Shown here piece after piece: positions 1 through 9,684 of a stretch of DNA of 64,000 nt; the stretch's first letter is position 1, and each line of letters begins with the position of its first letter. Position numbers and translations under genes: made by a program. The notes beneath the pieces are model-generated. The model saw nothing but the letters and a program-made list of their open reading frames with translations. It had not been told where the DNA came from and searched no databases. Source of the stretch: Candidatus Dormiibacterota bacterium (GTDB lineage Bacteria > Chloroflexota > Dormibacteria > Aeolococcales > Aeolococcaceae); the NCBI GenBank assembly GCA_963709585.1, contig CAVPXI010000015.1, positions 160,001 to 224,000 of the forward strand. Direction: 5' to 3'.

Positions 1-295
1 CCGGCGACGGAGTGAGGGAGCTCGCAGGGCCTGCAGTCGGTCGGTAGTTGGCCAGTTGAAAGAGGGCCGGGCCAAAGCCCTGCGGACGTACCAGCAGGAG
101 GTCGTCACTCCAGGGTTGAGAGGGATGTTTTTGCCTTTTGCCCGGCCCAGGCCACCAGCATAGGCGGATTGGCGAGACTTAATTTTGGGGCCAACTCGCG
201 TTCTGCCTAGACCACTGGTCGATGGTCGGTGAGCGCATCTGCTGCCGGCGCCACGCCAGCACCATCGTCGCGCTGGGTGCCCAGTCCAAGATCGG

Positions 296-330
296 CCTCT
301 GGTGTGTTAATTGCACGCTGGGGTGCGCGA
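296..330 (+). repeat. Dispersed ~33-bp repeat, copy R1
   Basis: CCTCTGGTGTGTTAATTGCACGCTGGGGTGCGCGA; similar to 1709, 2828, 9685. Confidence 0.8.
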
Positions 331-364
331 GGCTCTCGTAACACGACCCGATGACTGCCGGCGG

Positions 365-1534
365 TTAGCCCATTGTGATGGGAGCGCGCTCGACGGCCAG
401 GCGCTCGAGCAAGCTCACCGTGGGCGCTGGCCCGGGTTGGTCAGCGATCTCTGCTTGAAGTTCTTGCGCTACCTGTCTGTAACTCTGGTCGGCAAGCACC
501 GAGGCGACACTGTCGAGGACGTCGTTCGGGGTCAACCGCATCGGGTTCAGGCTGACACCGAATCTGAGTGCAGAGCAGCGCCGAGCGTTGGCGGGCTGAT
601 CGGCACCCATGGCGCAGAGCACCATCGGCAGGCCGTAGGCCAGTGCTCCGATCAAGGTCCCTGAACCACCGTGGGAAACCACCAACTGGCAGTGCGGCAG
701 GATCTCAGCTTGCGGTAGGTAGCGTTCGACATGGACGTTGGCAGGCTGTTCGCCGAGTTCCGAGGGATCGATCTGACGCCCAACAGTGACGAGTACGTTG
801 ACCGGTAGTTGACGCAGACCGGCCAATACTCGACTGAACAGGTCACCCGACTCCAGGTTGAACTCAGTGCCCAGTGTGAAGTAGACGCTGGGGGCGCCGG
901 CAAGGTGCAGCGGCCATGGGGCCGCGCTGTCGGCACGGCTTACCTCAACTGAGCGAAACATATGGGCTGTGGCGGGAAGCGGGAACGCGGGGTCGCGCAG
1001 CTTGAGCGGAAATGGGGACAGGACCAAATAGCGACTTGGGGCGGCGAGATCGGGATCGGAGGGAAGGCCATACTCACTCCGGACGCGGTCCAGGGTATCT
1101 GCCACCACGCTGGAGCGTACGAGGCTTCCCGCAGCGATGACCAGGACGGTGGCATATGGCACATCGAGCATCTCCGCGGCCAGCACGCTGCCGAAGTCCA
1201 CCTCGTCCGCCACGATGACGTCGGATCGCCATGCGCGGGCAAGCCTCAGCACACCCTCAGCCCTCACCCGTGCGGCCGTGTCGGCGAAGCGCTTACGCAG
1301 GTCACGCTCCTCCCGAGCCATGTCCACCTCCTTCAAGGGCATTCGCCGCGGCGGTCGAGCTGGCGGCAGCGGACCGATTCCGAAGGCGGCGAATCCTCCC
1401 GCCTCGACAATGGGCACCAGCGAGGGCTCGCATGCCACCCCCACGCTATGGCCCGCCGCCTGGGCGGCCCGAGCGATCGGAACCATCGGCTCAAAGTGCC
1501 CAACACCGCCGACGAAGCAGAAGAGGATCTGCAT
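365..1534 (-). CDS. GT1-family glycosyltransferase (EryCIII/MGT-like)
   Basis: GHFEPM N-terminal motif; YLPQAEILPHCQLVVSHGGSGT..ADQPANA sugar-nucleotide motif; GGAGG upstream of ATG 1534. Confidence 0.9.
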   Translation of the reverse strand: MQILFCFVGGVGHFEPMVPIARAAQAAGHSVGVACEPSLVPIVEAGGFAAFGIGPLPPARPPRRMPLKEVDMAREERDLRKRFADTAARVRAEGVLRLARAWRSDVIVADEVDFGSVLAAEMLDVPYATVLVIAAGSLVRSSVVADTLDRVRSEYGLPSDPDLAAPSRYLVLSPFPLKLRDPAFPLPATAHMFRSVEVSRADSAAPWPLHLAGAPSVYFTLGTEFNLESGDLFSRVLAGLRQLPVNVLVTVGRQIDPSELGEQPANVHVERYLPQAEILPHCQLVVSHGGSGTLIGALAYGLPMVLCAMGADQPANARRCSALRFGVSLNPMRLTPNDVLDSVASVLADQSYRQVAQELQAEIADQPGPAPTVSLLERLAVERAPITMG

Positions 1535-1708
1535 ACCGCCATCCTCCATGCATTCGCGCCGGCCGCGTCGCGGCAAACGACGGCAGAGGTGTGGGCTGAA
1601 CTTGTCGCGGTGACCCTGCGGTCAGCAGTTTTGGAGAACCTCGTGCTTCTCTGCCAAGGCTTACTCGTACGCCCGATTGAGCCCGGCAACGCCGCCGCCA
1701 TTCGATCG

Positions 1709-1741
1709 GCTCTGGTGTGCAAATTGCACGCTGGGGTGAGC
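1709..1741 (+). repeat. Dispersed repeat copy R2
   Basis: GCTCTGGTGTGCAAATTGCACGCTGGGGTGAGC. Confidence 0.8.
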
Positions 1742-1900
1742 ATGCCTTCTGGCATCTGATGCGTCGAACCTGTGAGCGAAAGCGATTAGCTCGCGTCGGC
1801 CAACCGTGAGCGTCCGTCGCCGCGGCCCGACCCGCAGCAGGCGCCCACTACATGTGTCCCGCCACATGGAGGCCGATGTCTGCGCTCGCAAGCTGCCGGA

Positions 1901-2656
1901 TCAGACGCGGTGAAGCATCCAGATGTTCGGTTCCCAATACGACCCCACACCGTCTCGGACACTGAGTGGCGCAAGCCCTGCGGGAAAGACGTAGTCCCCG
2001 TCCTCCGGGAACGTCATTCCCGTCCAGTCCTCCCAGTCATGTACGGGCGCCTCGATCTCTAGCGATCTCGTCTCCGTGCGCAGAATGGTCGCGCCTAGGC
2101 GTACGTGAACGCGCACCCACGGATCGAATGGCATACCGTCATTTCGTACCCACTGTGCATACCGATCGATCGGGGTCAACGGGTATCGGTCCTTCCAGCT
2201 CGGACGGACGGGTGCGACGAGCGGGGTCAGCCCGGCGCGTTGGGCGACTGCTGTCATCGACTTGATGATCAGCGCGCTTAGGCCCCTGCGTTGCTGGTCC
2301 TGGGTGACTTCGGCTGCAAGCGCCGAGAGGGCGGTGGGCGGCTCGGGATCATCGATCGCGCGGAGCCCCAGCGCATCGATTCCCGCCGGAAGATCTTCAA
2401 GGGTGCCGTCCCATCGAAACGGAATCGTTCTTCCCCGGCCTGCGATGCGATCCCTGCTGGCGTCGTAAAGCAGGACCTGGAGACGCGCGTGCTTCGGGTA
2501 GAGCGCGCCGAAATATTTCCACGTGTGGTTGCCATGCATGTTGTACTCCGGCCACACAGTCTCGAACAGCGAGCGTGAACGCTCCCACAGGTCGGGTCGC
2601 TGCTCTGCGGTGAACACCTCGATCGGATCAGCGGACGAGGACCTGGATACCCGCAT
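1901..2656 (-). CDS. GNAT-fold N-acetyltransferase-like protein
   Basis: QRRGLS acetyl-CoA-type motif; APVRP, DPWVRVH and EPNIW motifs; GAGGA upstream of ATG 2656. Confidence 0.75.
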   Translation of the reverse strand: MRVSRSSSADPIEVFTAEQRPDLWERSRSLFETVWPEYNMHGNHTWKYFGALYPKHARLQVLLYDASRDRIAGRGRTIPFRWDGTLEDLPAGIDALGLRAIDDPEPPTALSALAAEVTQDQQRRGLSALIIKSMTAVAQRAGLTPLVAPVRPSWKDRYPLTPIDRYAQWVRNDGMPFDPWVRVHVRLGATILRTETRSLEIEAPVHDWEDWTGMTFPEDGDYVFPAGLAPLSVRDGVGSYWEPNIWMLHRV

Positions 2657-2827
2657 TATTTCCTCTACTTCGTGGTGAGCCACGTTGGAAACATGTTGAT
2701 GCGGTGGCCACCACGACGCTCCCAAAGTATGAGAGCTAGGCGTGGACCCTAGGTGATCGCTACCGCCCCGTCCGCCTCACTCTTCCAAGCTCGCTCGGCG
2801 GGGCGCAAATTCGACTATGAAGACGTT

Positions 2828-2862
2828 CCTCAGGTGTGTTCGTTGCGCGATGGGATGCGCGA
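2828..2862 (+). repeat. Dispersed repeat copy R3
   Basis: CCTCAGGTGTGTTCGTTGCGCGATGGGATGCGCGA; 6 mismatches to R1 over 35 nt. Confidence 0.7.
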
Positions 2863-2947
2863 CGATGGTTCTTTCGGCTCACTCTAACTCGGCTAGAGCA
2901 CCGTTGCAACCGTTACGCCAGGACGCTGAATTCGAATACTGCGTCTG

Positions 2948-3562
2948 TCACCAGATCAAGGGCACCAGGCGTTTGTGGGCTGCCGCGTAGTCGCTATAGC
3001 CGTTACCGAGGTTCTGCATCAGTGCCCGCTCCTCTACTCGAATGCGGAACACAAGACCGCTTGCAACGACGACGGTGAGGACCACCAGCGAATACCAGTT
3101 GCCGATGAACAAGCCCACAGCCATGAAGACTAGGAGCAGCCCAGTATAGCTTGGGTGCCGGACCACCCTGTAAGGCCCGTCGGTGATCACCGGCTGATCA
3201 CTGCTCGTCTGCACGGTGAATGTGAAGTACCGACCCAATGTACGAAAGCTCCAGAGCCGCAGGGAGATGCCGCCCCAGAACAGCGCGAGCGCGATCCAGT
3301 CAGCGAGCGCGGCGGGCCGGATCGTCGCCGACTGTGCCACCCCCGGGAGCAAGCTCGCCACGAGTGCGCCGACCCCGACGATGAGCCGAAAGAGGACCTC
3401 GCTGCCCCAGTTGGCCTTCACTCCTTCGGGTCGGTGGGTGACGCTCTGGCGCAGTTCCAGCACCACCCAGATTGCCGCTGTGCCGAGCAGGATCCAGCGG
3501 AAGACCGGTGATGTCGCTGCCAACGGGTTCACAGGCAAGTCCCAGGTTCGGTGCTCCTGCAA
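2948..3562 (-). CDS. Isoprenylcysteine carboxylmethyltransferase-family membrane methyltransferase
   Basis: TM helices; GPYRVVRHPSYTG and RIRVEERAL motifs; start uncertain. Confidence 0.85.
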   Translation of the reverse strand: MQEHRTWDLPVNPLAATSPVFRWILLGTAAIWVVLELRQSVTHRPEGVKANWGSEVLFRLIVGVGALVASLLPGVAQSATIRPAALADWIALALFWGGISLRLWSFRTLGRYFTFTVQTSSDQPVITDGPYRVVRHPSYTGLLLVFMAVGLFIGNWYSLVVLTVVVASGLVFRIRVEERALMQNLGNGYSDYAAAHKRLVPLIW

Positions 3563-3792
3563 AACCGTCGCCTTCGTAGCGGTTGCCTCGGGACTAATGC
3601 CTGACCTTGCACCGCTGAGTCAGGTGCCGCCTCGACCAACGCGGCCCACGTTGTTCTCTGCTGATAAGCCGGGTATTCATTGGGAGGCTTCATCGCGACG
3701 TTGGCCGGCAGGTCGGTCGTGTCCGTCGTGGTTGCTGCGAAGACGCGGGTTCAGATGCGCCCGCGAAGCTTGCTGCTGCGTCGAACACGCCC

Positions 3793-3897
3793 TTACTCCG
3801 CGACCGCGCGCAGAACGTCGACGCGTGATGCCCGGATGGCGACAGCTGCGAGGAGGCCGAAGCACGCTGCGGCGGCGGCATAAAGGAGCATCAGCAC
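3793..3897 (-). pseudogene. C-terminal remnant of an FtsX-like ABC permease
   Basis: Translates VLMLLYAAAAACFGLLAAVAIRASRVDVLRAVAE*, resembling permease C-termini. Confidence 0.4.
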
Positions 3898-4377
3898 CTA
3901 CGACTCTCCCGTATTTCGTTCCAGCAGGACGAGAGGAATCACGCGCGTGATGTGCCGCTGGGACACGTCGTATCGACCCCGCGCGCCCGGGTGCATGATC
4001 GGAGCCAAACCCATGTTGTGGCGGTTGACGAGCGGCCACAGCCGTTCGCGCTCCTCAGCTGAGGCCACCCAGGCTCGCGCTGAGAATTTGTTTCGACGTA
4101 TTTGGACCCTCACCCCGGGATGGGCTTGAAGATTCAGCAGCCAGGACGGCGGATGATCGCTCCCTCCGTTGGAGGCCACCACGACCAACCGTTCGCCATC
4201 CTTGAGGTAGATAAGGGCGGTGGTTCGCGGTTTACCGCTTCTTCGCCCTGTGGTCGTCAGGAGCAAAGCCCGGCCAGCCACTATCCGCGAGCCGATGAGT
4301 TCTCCCGAGTGGCGGTAGACGAACTGATGGAGCTTGAGGTAGGGAACTTGCAGCGTGGCCGCGGGGGTATAACGCAC
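3898..4377 (-). CDS. Deazaflavin (F420)-dependent nitroreductase-family protein
   Basis: LLLTTTGRRSGKPRTT, VVASNGGSDHPPSWLLNL and IPLVLL motifs; GTG start inferred. Confidence 0.85.
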   Translation of the reverse strand: MRYTPAATLQVPYLKLHQFVYRHSGELIGSRIVAGRALLLTTTGRRSGKPRTTALIYLKDGERLVVVASNGGSDHPPSWLLNLQAHPGVRVQIRRNKFSARAWVASAEERERLWPLVNRHNMGLAPIMHPGARGRYDVSQRHITRVIPLVLLERNTGES

Positions 4378-4573
4378 TCGTCTGACTCTCTCTTGTCGAT
4401 GTCCGGCAGTCACCAATGATGATCGTGCCGCGAACGTCGCTGTCAGGGACTGCCTCGGCGGTCGTGCTCTTCGTCTCTCTGGAACACCGCGACTGCGTTC
4501 TCCAATCCAATCACGGTGGTCGGACCGGTCAAGGTCGCGATGTGGTTCCGACGCCGCGATCGGTACCACCGAG

Positions 4574-4608
4574 CCTCTGGTAACAATCTGTTACGCCATG
4601 GTGCGCGA
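4574..4608 (+). repeat. Dispersed repeat copy R4 (variant core)
   Basis: CCTCTGGT-AACAATCTGTT-ACGC-CATG-GTGCGCGA; same spacing as R1; internal palindrome GTAACA-N3-TGTTAC. Confidence 0.55.
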
Positions 4609-4812
4609 GAGATTCCTCACGCGGCCGCAGGGCGACGACCGTGAACGTCGGCCTGTCCACGTTCACGCCGCCGGAGGCGTCCCGAGTACGCAGGACGGCG
4701 GGCAGAAACATGTACTGGCTTCGCGGTCGGGGTACGGCTGGGCCGCGTCGCCTCGGCTCTCGGCCGACCTCGGCTCGACGTCAGCCTCAGCCGCTAATAC
4801 GACTTGCTTCGC

Positions 4813-5037
4813 TCAACGCGCCTGGGACGCACGAACCTTCTCGGCCAACTGTGCAAATCCATCGGCCGCTCCTTCCGAGGATCCGAAGTGATCGCTCCCA
4901 TACTTTCTTAGCTGGTTGTAAATGGTGGGCGAGACATAGCCACGCTTCGGGTTGGCGCGATAGAACGCCGCCAGCAGTACAAGAGATTCGCCGACGACTT
5001 CGCGTTCGTCCGAAGACAGGCCGTCCATCTGCCACAT
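4813..5037 (-). CDS. Small hypothetical protein
   Basis: 74-aa ORF with protein-like composition; no recognised motif. Confidence 0.3.
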   Translation of the reverse strand: MWQMDGLSSDEREVVGESLVLLAAFYRANPKRGYVSPTIYNQLRKYGSDHFGSSEGAADGFAQLAEKVRASQAR

Positions 5038-5189
5038 AGTAGGTTGGCGGCCCACGCTACGGCAAGCTCGGCGGGCCGGTCTTGAAGAGGTTGTGGCCGA
5101 GCACAAAGATCAATCTGACGGCCCTGGAGAGAATCCCGGCCTACCGCCGCTGACGTCGCGCCACGCTCCAACTGGCTTGGCGCGTGGCC

Positions 5190-5560
5190 TCGGGGTCTTC
5201 ACACTCTTTAACAGCCCTGTCTTCAGTGATTACGAGGACAACTGGATCGGCGGCAATGCGACGATCAGCGACATCACGTCGTGCTACCTCGGCATCGCCC
5301 GCAACCACGTCGTCGGTGACCTTCGCGTGCTCAACAACCAGTACGCCGACCCTGATGCAATCGAGATCACCTCGAACCACATCGCCGGCGACCTGGTGTG
5401 CCGAGAGAACAGCGCCGTTTGGGATAGCTCCGAAACCTCGTCGACGAGCAACTTCCCGCGCACGCCGAAGCCCAACTCGGTCGGCGGCGAGCGGGCCGGA
5501 CAGTGCGTGCTGGCCACCAAGACGACGTTGCACGGCCATAAGGGTCCTGGTCCCTTCTGA
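5190..5560 (+). pseudogene. C-terminal fragment of a probable secreted repeat protein
   Basis: Repeating N-x-(I/V)-x-G-(N/D) units, coding-like codon use, no plausible N-terminus. Confidence 0.45.
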
Positions 5561-5794
5561 GCCAAGGGACTTATGTCGAGCAGGGACGGACCGTCGCGTC
5601 CGTCCTTGCTTCGACGGCAGTGCGCTTCGAGGCAACTGATCGCTGGAACTTCGGGCGCCGCTCCGAGCATGTCGAAGCGCGGATAGTGAGCCCGCGCCCA
5701 CTTACTATTTCTCGATGTAGGCCGTCATCGGGGGAGGACGCCGTTGCCCTCCATCTGGGCAGCCGCTTCGGGTGAGGCCGGATGACAAGGTGGC

Positions 5795-5824
5795 TTGACA
5801 TCCACGTGGAAGACAAGCTAACTT
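5795..5824 (+). promoter_or_regulatory. Sigma70-type promoter, probably leaderless, for the XRE gene
   Basis: TTGACA-N18-TAACTT, 7 nt before ATG 5832. Confidence 0.6.
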
Positions 5825-5831
5825 TACATCG

Positions 5832-6038
5832 ATGCAGAACCGGGTACGCGACCTTCGCCTCGGCAGACGCCTAACCCAGGAGGAGTTGGCCACCCGCCTG
5901 GGGGTGTCGCGTCAGACCGTCAACTCCATCGAGGTGGGTCGCTACACCCCTTCCCTGCCCCTGGCCCTCGCGCTGGCACGCTATTTCACCACCACTGTTG
6001 AGGAGATGTTCTATGACAGCCGTGCATCACTACCGTAA
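5832..6038 (+). CDS. XRE/Cro-C1 helix-turn-helix regulator
   Basis: LTQEELATRLGVSRQTVNSIEVGRYTPSL. Confidence 0.9.
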   Translation: MQNRVRDLRLGRRLTQEELATRLGVSRQTVNSIEVGRYTPSLPLALALARYFTTTVEEMFYDSRASLP

Positions 6039-6399
6039 GTGGGCGGGGTCCGCCCTGATCCTCGCCTTCGGCCTAGCCGTGTTCGCGGCCTCGCTCGCTT
6101 GGGGGCACCCAGACGACGGAATCTGGGCGTTGGCGCTCTCTACTGTCTTCGCGGGCGCGCTCGCGGTCGGCGGTCGCAGCGAGTTGGTTCGCTCCATGCG
6201 TGGTGACGGTGACGAGCGCGCCGCCCACATCACCAACCTGACCAATCTCATCGTGCTCAATGTCGCCGGGCTGGCCGCCGTCGCAGGGGCGGTGGTCGAA
6301 CAGGCGAAGGGATTCCACTCCGGACCGTGGACCCTCGCATGCGTCATCGGTGGCGGCGTCTACTTCTTGGCCTTCATCGTGGTTCGCGCCATGGTATGA
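6013..6399 (+). CDS. Small 4-TM membrane protein coupled to the XRE gene
   Basis: AGGAG RBS, hydrophobic helices, DER motif; common XRE partner architecture. Confidence 0.75.
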   Translation: MTAVHHYRKWAGSALILAFGLAVFAASLAWGHPDDGIWALALSTVFAGALAVGGRSELVRSMRGDGDERAAHITNLTNLIVLNVAGLAAVAGAVVEQAKGFHSGPWTLACVIGGGVYFLAFIVVRAMV

Positions 6400-6543
6400 C
6401 GTGAGCCCTGCTTACTCGCGTTCGGAGGCTGCCTTCTCCTGGGCGGCCGGCTTGGTGACCTTCAGTCATCGCCGCCGCTTCGTCGCCGGCACGCGCTGTT
6501 CACCGTAGTCTGGCTGCGCCCCACCACCTTCCGGCACCTCCCG

Positions 6544-6576
6544 GCTCTGGTAACAATTTGGCGCACTCGTGTGTGC
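6544..6576 (+). repeat. Dispersed repeat copy R5 (variant core)
   Basis: GCTCTGGTAACAATTTGGCGCACTCGTGTGTGC; shares CTCTGGTAACAAT with R4. Confidence 0.5.
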
Positions 6577-6917
6577 CACGCCATTCACATTTGGTACCGG
6601 CGCGCGCGCCCAACGTTGGAAGGACATTTCGGGGATGCGGCAGAAGGGAGGACGTTCTTAAGACCCACAGGGTGGGGGCCCGCTCGGAGCGCCCCATCCC
6701 TGTAACGGAACGTCAGATCTTCGGCCGCGGAGCCCACGTCCTGTGACCACCGCAACCTCGAGCCAGCGGTACATGACGTCGGCTTCACGAAGTGGAGCGA
6801 TGACGTTGCTGTGGCGGGCAGGGACCCGTTGCAGCCGCCCCCCTACGGTCGTGATGCCCGCGACGACGTCAATCGCTTCGTCCCGCCGGGCTCATCGGCA
6901 TCATCGGGGGCTCGACA

Positions 6918-7523
6918 GTGAATCGACCGGAAGACCAGCGCAAGCGCAGAGACAGGAGGCCGCTCGGTCTCGTCGCCCTGATCGGCGGCACCATCGCGGC
7001 CGCCTGTCTCATCGGTTTCGGGGGCCTCGCCGCCTGGACCGTGACCACCCAGAACGCGGGCAACACCTTTGCTGCCGGCAGCGTTCACCACACCAACCTC
7101 GCCAAGCTCAACGGCGCCGGCGTGGGCACCTCCTGCACCGACCAGGCGGGCGTGTGCGGGGTCATCTTCACGCTCGCCAACGCCAAGCCGGGCAGCTCGG
7201 TCAGCGGCACCGTGCAGATCACCAACAACGCGGGCTCGCTGCCGAGCACCTTCTCGCTCAGCCTCTCGTCGTCCAGCGGCGCCCTCTGCGCCAGCCTCAA
7301 CGCCAGCATCACCGACAACGAGACCGTTGCCCAGAACTTCTACAACGGCACCCTCTCGGCGATGGGCGCGCAGAGCCTCAAGTCGAGCGCCGGCAACCTC
7401 AGCTGGCCCGCCAGCGACACCGGCACCTACACCTTCACGATCACGCTTCCCGCGAGCAGCGCCAACACCGACATGGGCCAGACCTGCACCGCGGCCTACA
7501 CCTGGACCCAGACCAACAGCTGA
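6918..7523 (+). CDS. TasA/CalY-like protein with SipW-type signal peptide
   Basis: Basic N-terminus, hydrophobic stretch, GGLAAWTVTTQNAGNTFAAG SipW-cognate motif; KPGSSVSGTVQITNNAGS; adjacent sipW. Confidence 0.75.
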   Translation: MNRPEDQRKRRDRRPLGLVALIGGTIAAACLIGFGGLAAWTVTTQNAGNTFAAGSVHHTNLAKLNGAGVGTSCTDQAGVCGVIFTLANAKPGSSVSGTVQITNNAGSLPSTFSLSLSSSSGALCASLNASITDNETVAQNFYNGTLSAMGAQSLKSSAGNLSWPASDTGTYTFTITLPASSANTDMGQTCTAAYTWTQTNS

Positions 7524-7541
7524 CCTAGATTCGCGAGGGGC

Positions 7542-7571
7542 AGGGAGGCCGGTCCGCCGACCGGTCTCCCT
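7542..7571 (+). terminator. Intra-operon stem-loop
   Basis: AGGGAGGCCGGT-N6-ACCGGTCTCCCT, no U-tract. Confidence 0.55.
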
Positions 7572-7599
7572 CGCCTGTCACCAGCTCAGGAGATCACCA

Positions 7600-8235
7600 A
7601 TGGCCATGAGCGCATCGAGCCTGCCGACCGGCGTCGCCGATGCCGGCTTGGGCTCGCTGGCGCGGCCCTCTGACGGTCCCGCCGGCGCCACACCCACAGC
7701 CACGATCCGCGCCCGACTGTGCGGCGCGCTGCGCCACGGCGGCAACCTCGCCCTGGCGGCGCTGGCCACAGTCCTGGTGGTGTTCACGTCGCTCATCGTC
7801 GCCGGAGCGGTGACCGGCCACCACTTCGAGCAGGTGATCACCGCCAGCATGGTGCCGACCATCCCGGTGGGCTCGCTGGTGGTCACCGAGCACGTGACCG
7901 CGAGCAGCCTGGTGGTTGGCAACGTGCTCGTCTTCACCAAGCCCGGCAACGTCAGTGAGGTGATCGTCCACCGCATCGCCAGCATCACCCGGGCCGATGA
8001 CGGCTCCATCCTGGTGCAGACCAAGGGCGACGCCAACCACGCGCCCGATCCCTGGCTGATCAAGCAGAGCGCCGGCGGCGCCGCCGACCGCGCCGTCTAC
8101 GTGATGCCGGGGCTGGGGACGGTCGCGTCCGAAGGGCGCAGCGTGCTCATCCTGGTGCTGCCCGCCCTGCTCATCACCTACCTGGTCAGCTGGTCGCGCC
8201 GTCGCTACCACGCCATGGTCGGGACGCAGGCCTGA
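7600..8235 (+). CDS. sipW: Signal peptidase I, SipW/S26B (ER-type)
   Basis: TASMVPTIPVGSLVV (Ser), VIVHRI (His), TKGDAN; AGGAG RBS before ATG 7600. Confidence 0.85.
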   Translation: MAMSASSLPTGVADAGLGSLARPSDGPAGATPTATIRARLCGALRHGGNLALAALATVLVVFTSLIVAGAVTGHHFEQVITASMVPTIPVGSLVVTEHVTASSLVVGNVLVFTKPGNVSEVIVHRIASITRADDGSILVQTKGDANHAPDPWLIKQSAGGAADRAVYVMPGLGTVASEGRSVLILVLPALLITYLVSWSRRRYHAMVGTQA

Positions 8236-8237
8236 CC

Positions 8238-9086
8238 GTGCGCGGCCGCCGCCGCTGGGCCGTCCTGCTCACCGTTGTGGTGGTGTCGCTGCTGTGCGCG
8301 CGCGGCGCGCAGGCGGCGTGGGGAGTGGTCACCAGGAACAGCGGCTCGTCGTTTGCAGCCGGGAACATCGCCGCCCCGACCGGGCTGACCGTCGCCGCGG
8401 TAGCGTCGCCGCCGTCCAACAAGCTGACCTGGACGCTGCCGCCGGCCGCCCAGCGGGGCAACGGCCAGACCGTCACCTCCAGCGTCGACGGCAGCGCCTA
8501 CTCCACCATCGCCACACTCTCCGGAGCTGCGGTCACCGCCACCGACAGCCCGGTTCTCGGCGACACGCTCTACTGCTACAAGGTCACCACCACATGGTCG
8601 CTGTGGACTGCGCCCACCGCCGCCTCGTGCCCGGCGCCGGCAGCGCCGCTCGCCGCCATCAACGCGGGAGGCGCCGCCTCAGGAACCTACGCCGCGGACA
8701 CGGGATTCTCGGCAGGGAGCACCTACAGCACGGGATCGGCCATCGACACCAGCCTGGTGCCCAACCCCGCGCCCCAGTCGGTGTACCAGACCGAGCGCTA
8801 CGGCAACTTCACGTACACCGTGTCTGGCCTGACCGCCAACGCCACCTACCACGTGCGCCTCCAGGAGGCGGAGAACTACTGGAGTGGGCCCGGCAAGCGC
8901 TCGTTCGATGTGAAGATCAATGGCGTCCAGGTGCTGTCCGGCTACGACATCTTCGCGGCCACCGGAGGGCAGTACCGGGCGATCGCGCTGACCTTCGCGA
9001 CCACCGCCGACGCCGGCGGCGCCATCGCCATCCAGTTCATCACCGTCAAGGACAACGCCAAGGTCGACGGCATCGAGATCCTCTAG
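8238..9086 (+). CDS. SipW-type secreted protein with Fn3-like and malectin domains
   Basis: AQAAWGVVTRNSGSSFAAG signal; AINAGG, VYQTERYG, AENYW, RSFDVKING, DIFAATGG, NAKVDGIEI malectin motifs. Confidence 0.8.
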   Translation: MRGRRRWAVLLTVVVVSLLCARGAQAAWGVVTRNSGSSFAAGNIAAPTGLTVAAVASPPSNKLTWTLPPAAQRGNGQTVTSSVDGSAYSTIATLSGAAVTATDSPVLGDTLYCYKVTTTWSLWTAPTAASCPAPAAPLAAINAGGAASGTYAADTGFSAGSTYSTGSAIDTSLVPNPAPQSVYQTERYGNFTYTVSGLTANATYHVRLQEAENYWSGPGKRSFDVKINGVQVLSGYDIFAATGGQYRAIALTFATTADAGGAIAIQFITVKDNAKVDGIEIL

Positions 9087-9334
9087 GCTCGACTGTGACC
9101 GGTCGTGCGGCTGCGCTCAGGCTACGCTGGGCGGCGGCTCGGATGCGCGCCTGGCGCCGCGCGGGGCGGCGGGCTTGGGAGCGGCGGCCTTGCGAGCGCG
9201 CGCAGGCTTGTTCGGCGCGGGCGTGAACGCGCAGGGGTGGGGGGCGCGGCTCGCGGTGCGCGAGGGCGTCGAGGTGCGGGCCGAGCAGGCGCTGCAGGTC
9301 GGCCGCGTTGCGGTCGACGATCCAGTGGCCGGCG

Positions 9335-9587
9335 CGACGCTCCCCTCAAGCACCATGGCGGCCCAGTCGTCCTCGAGGTGATGATGCAGCGTCGGGGGCG
9401 CCGCATAGAAGGGGGGCACAGTCCAGTCGATGACCGAGAACCGACCGGGAGCGGGGGCGTCCGCGGGCAACAAATAGCGCACACGAGCTCCCGTGACGGT
9501 GACCTCGCGGCCCCCATCGGCGGGGACGATGCGAGGTCCATCCGACGTTGGGGGGGCCCATGGCCGAGATGTTACAACCGCGGTCAT
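9335..9587 (-). pseudogene. Cupin-domain N-terminal fragment fused to unrelated sequence
   Basis: FSVIDWTVPP..PPTLHHHLEDDWAAMVLEG, then low-complexity tail. Confidence 0.45.
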
Positions 9588-9684
9588 GGGCGGGAACAGG
9601 TCGCTCTTTAGGGCATCCTCGTCGGCGATTCTCGTGTTGTCGCAGCGCACGAAACTCCGCTACCACTTCCAAAATGCGTTCTTG

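Noticed and set aside
5571-5581. TTATGTCGAGC resembling a XerD arm
   Set aside because: No XerC-like arm at the required spacing.
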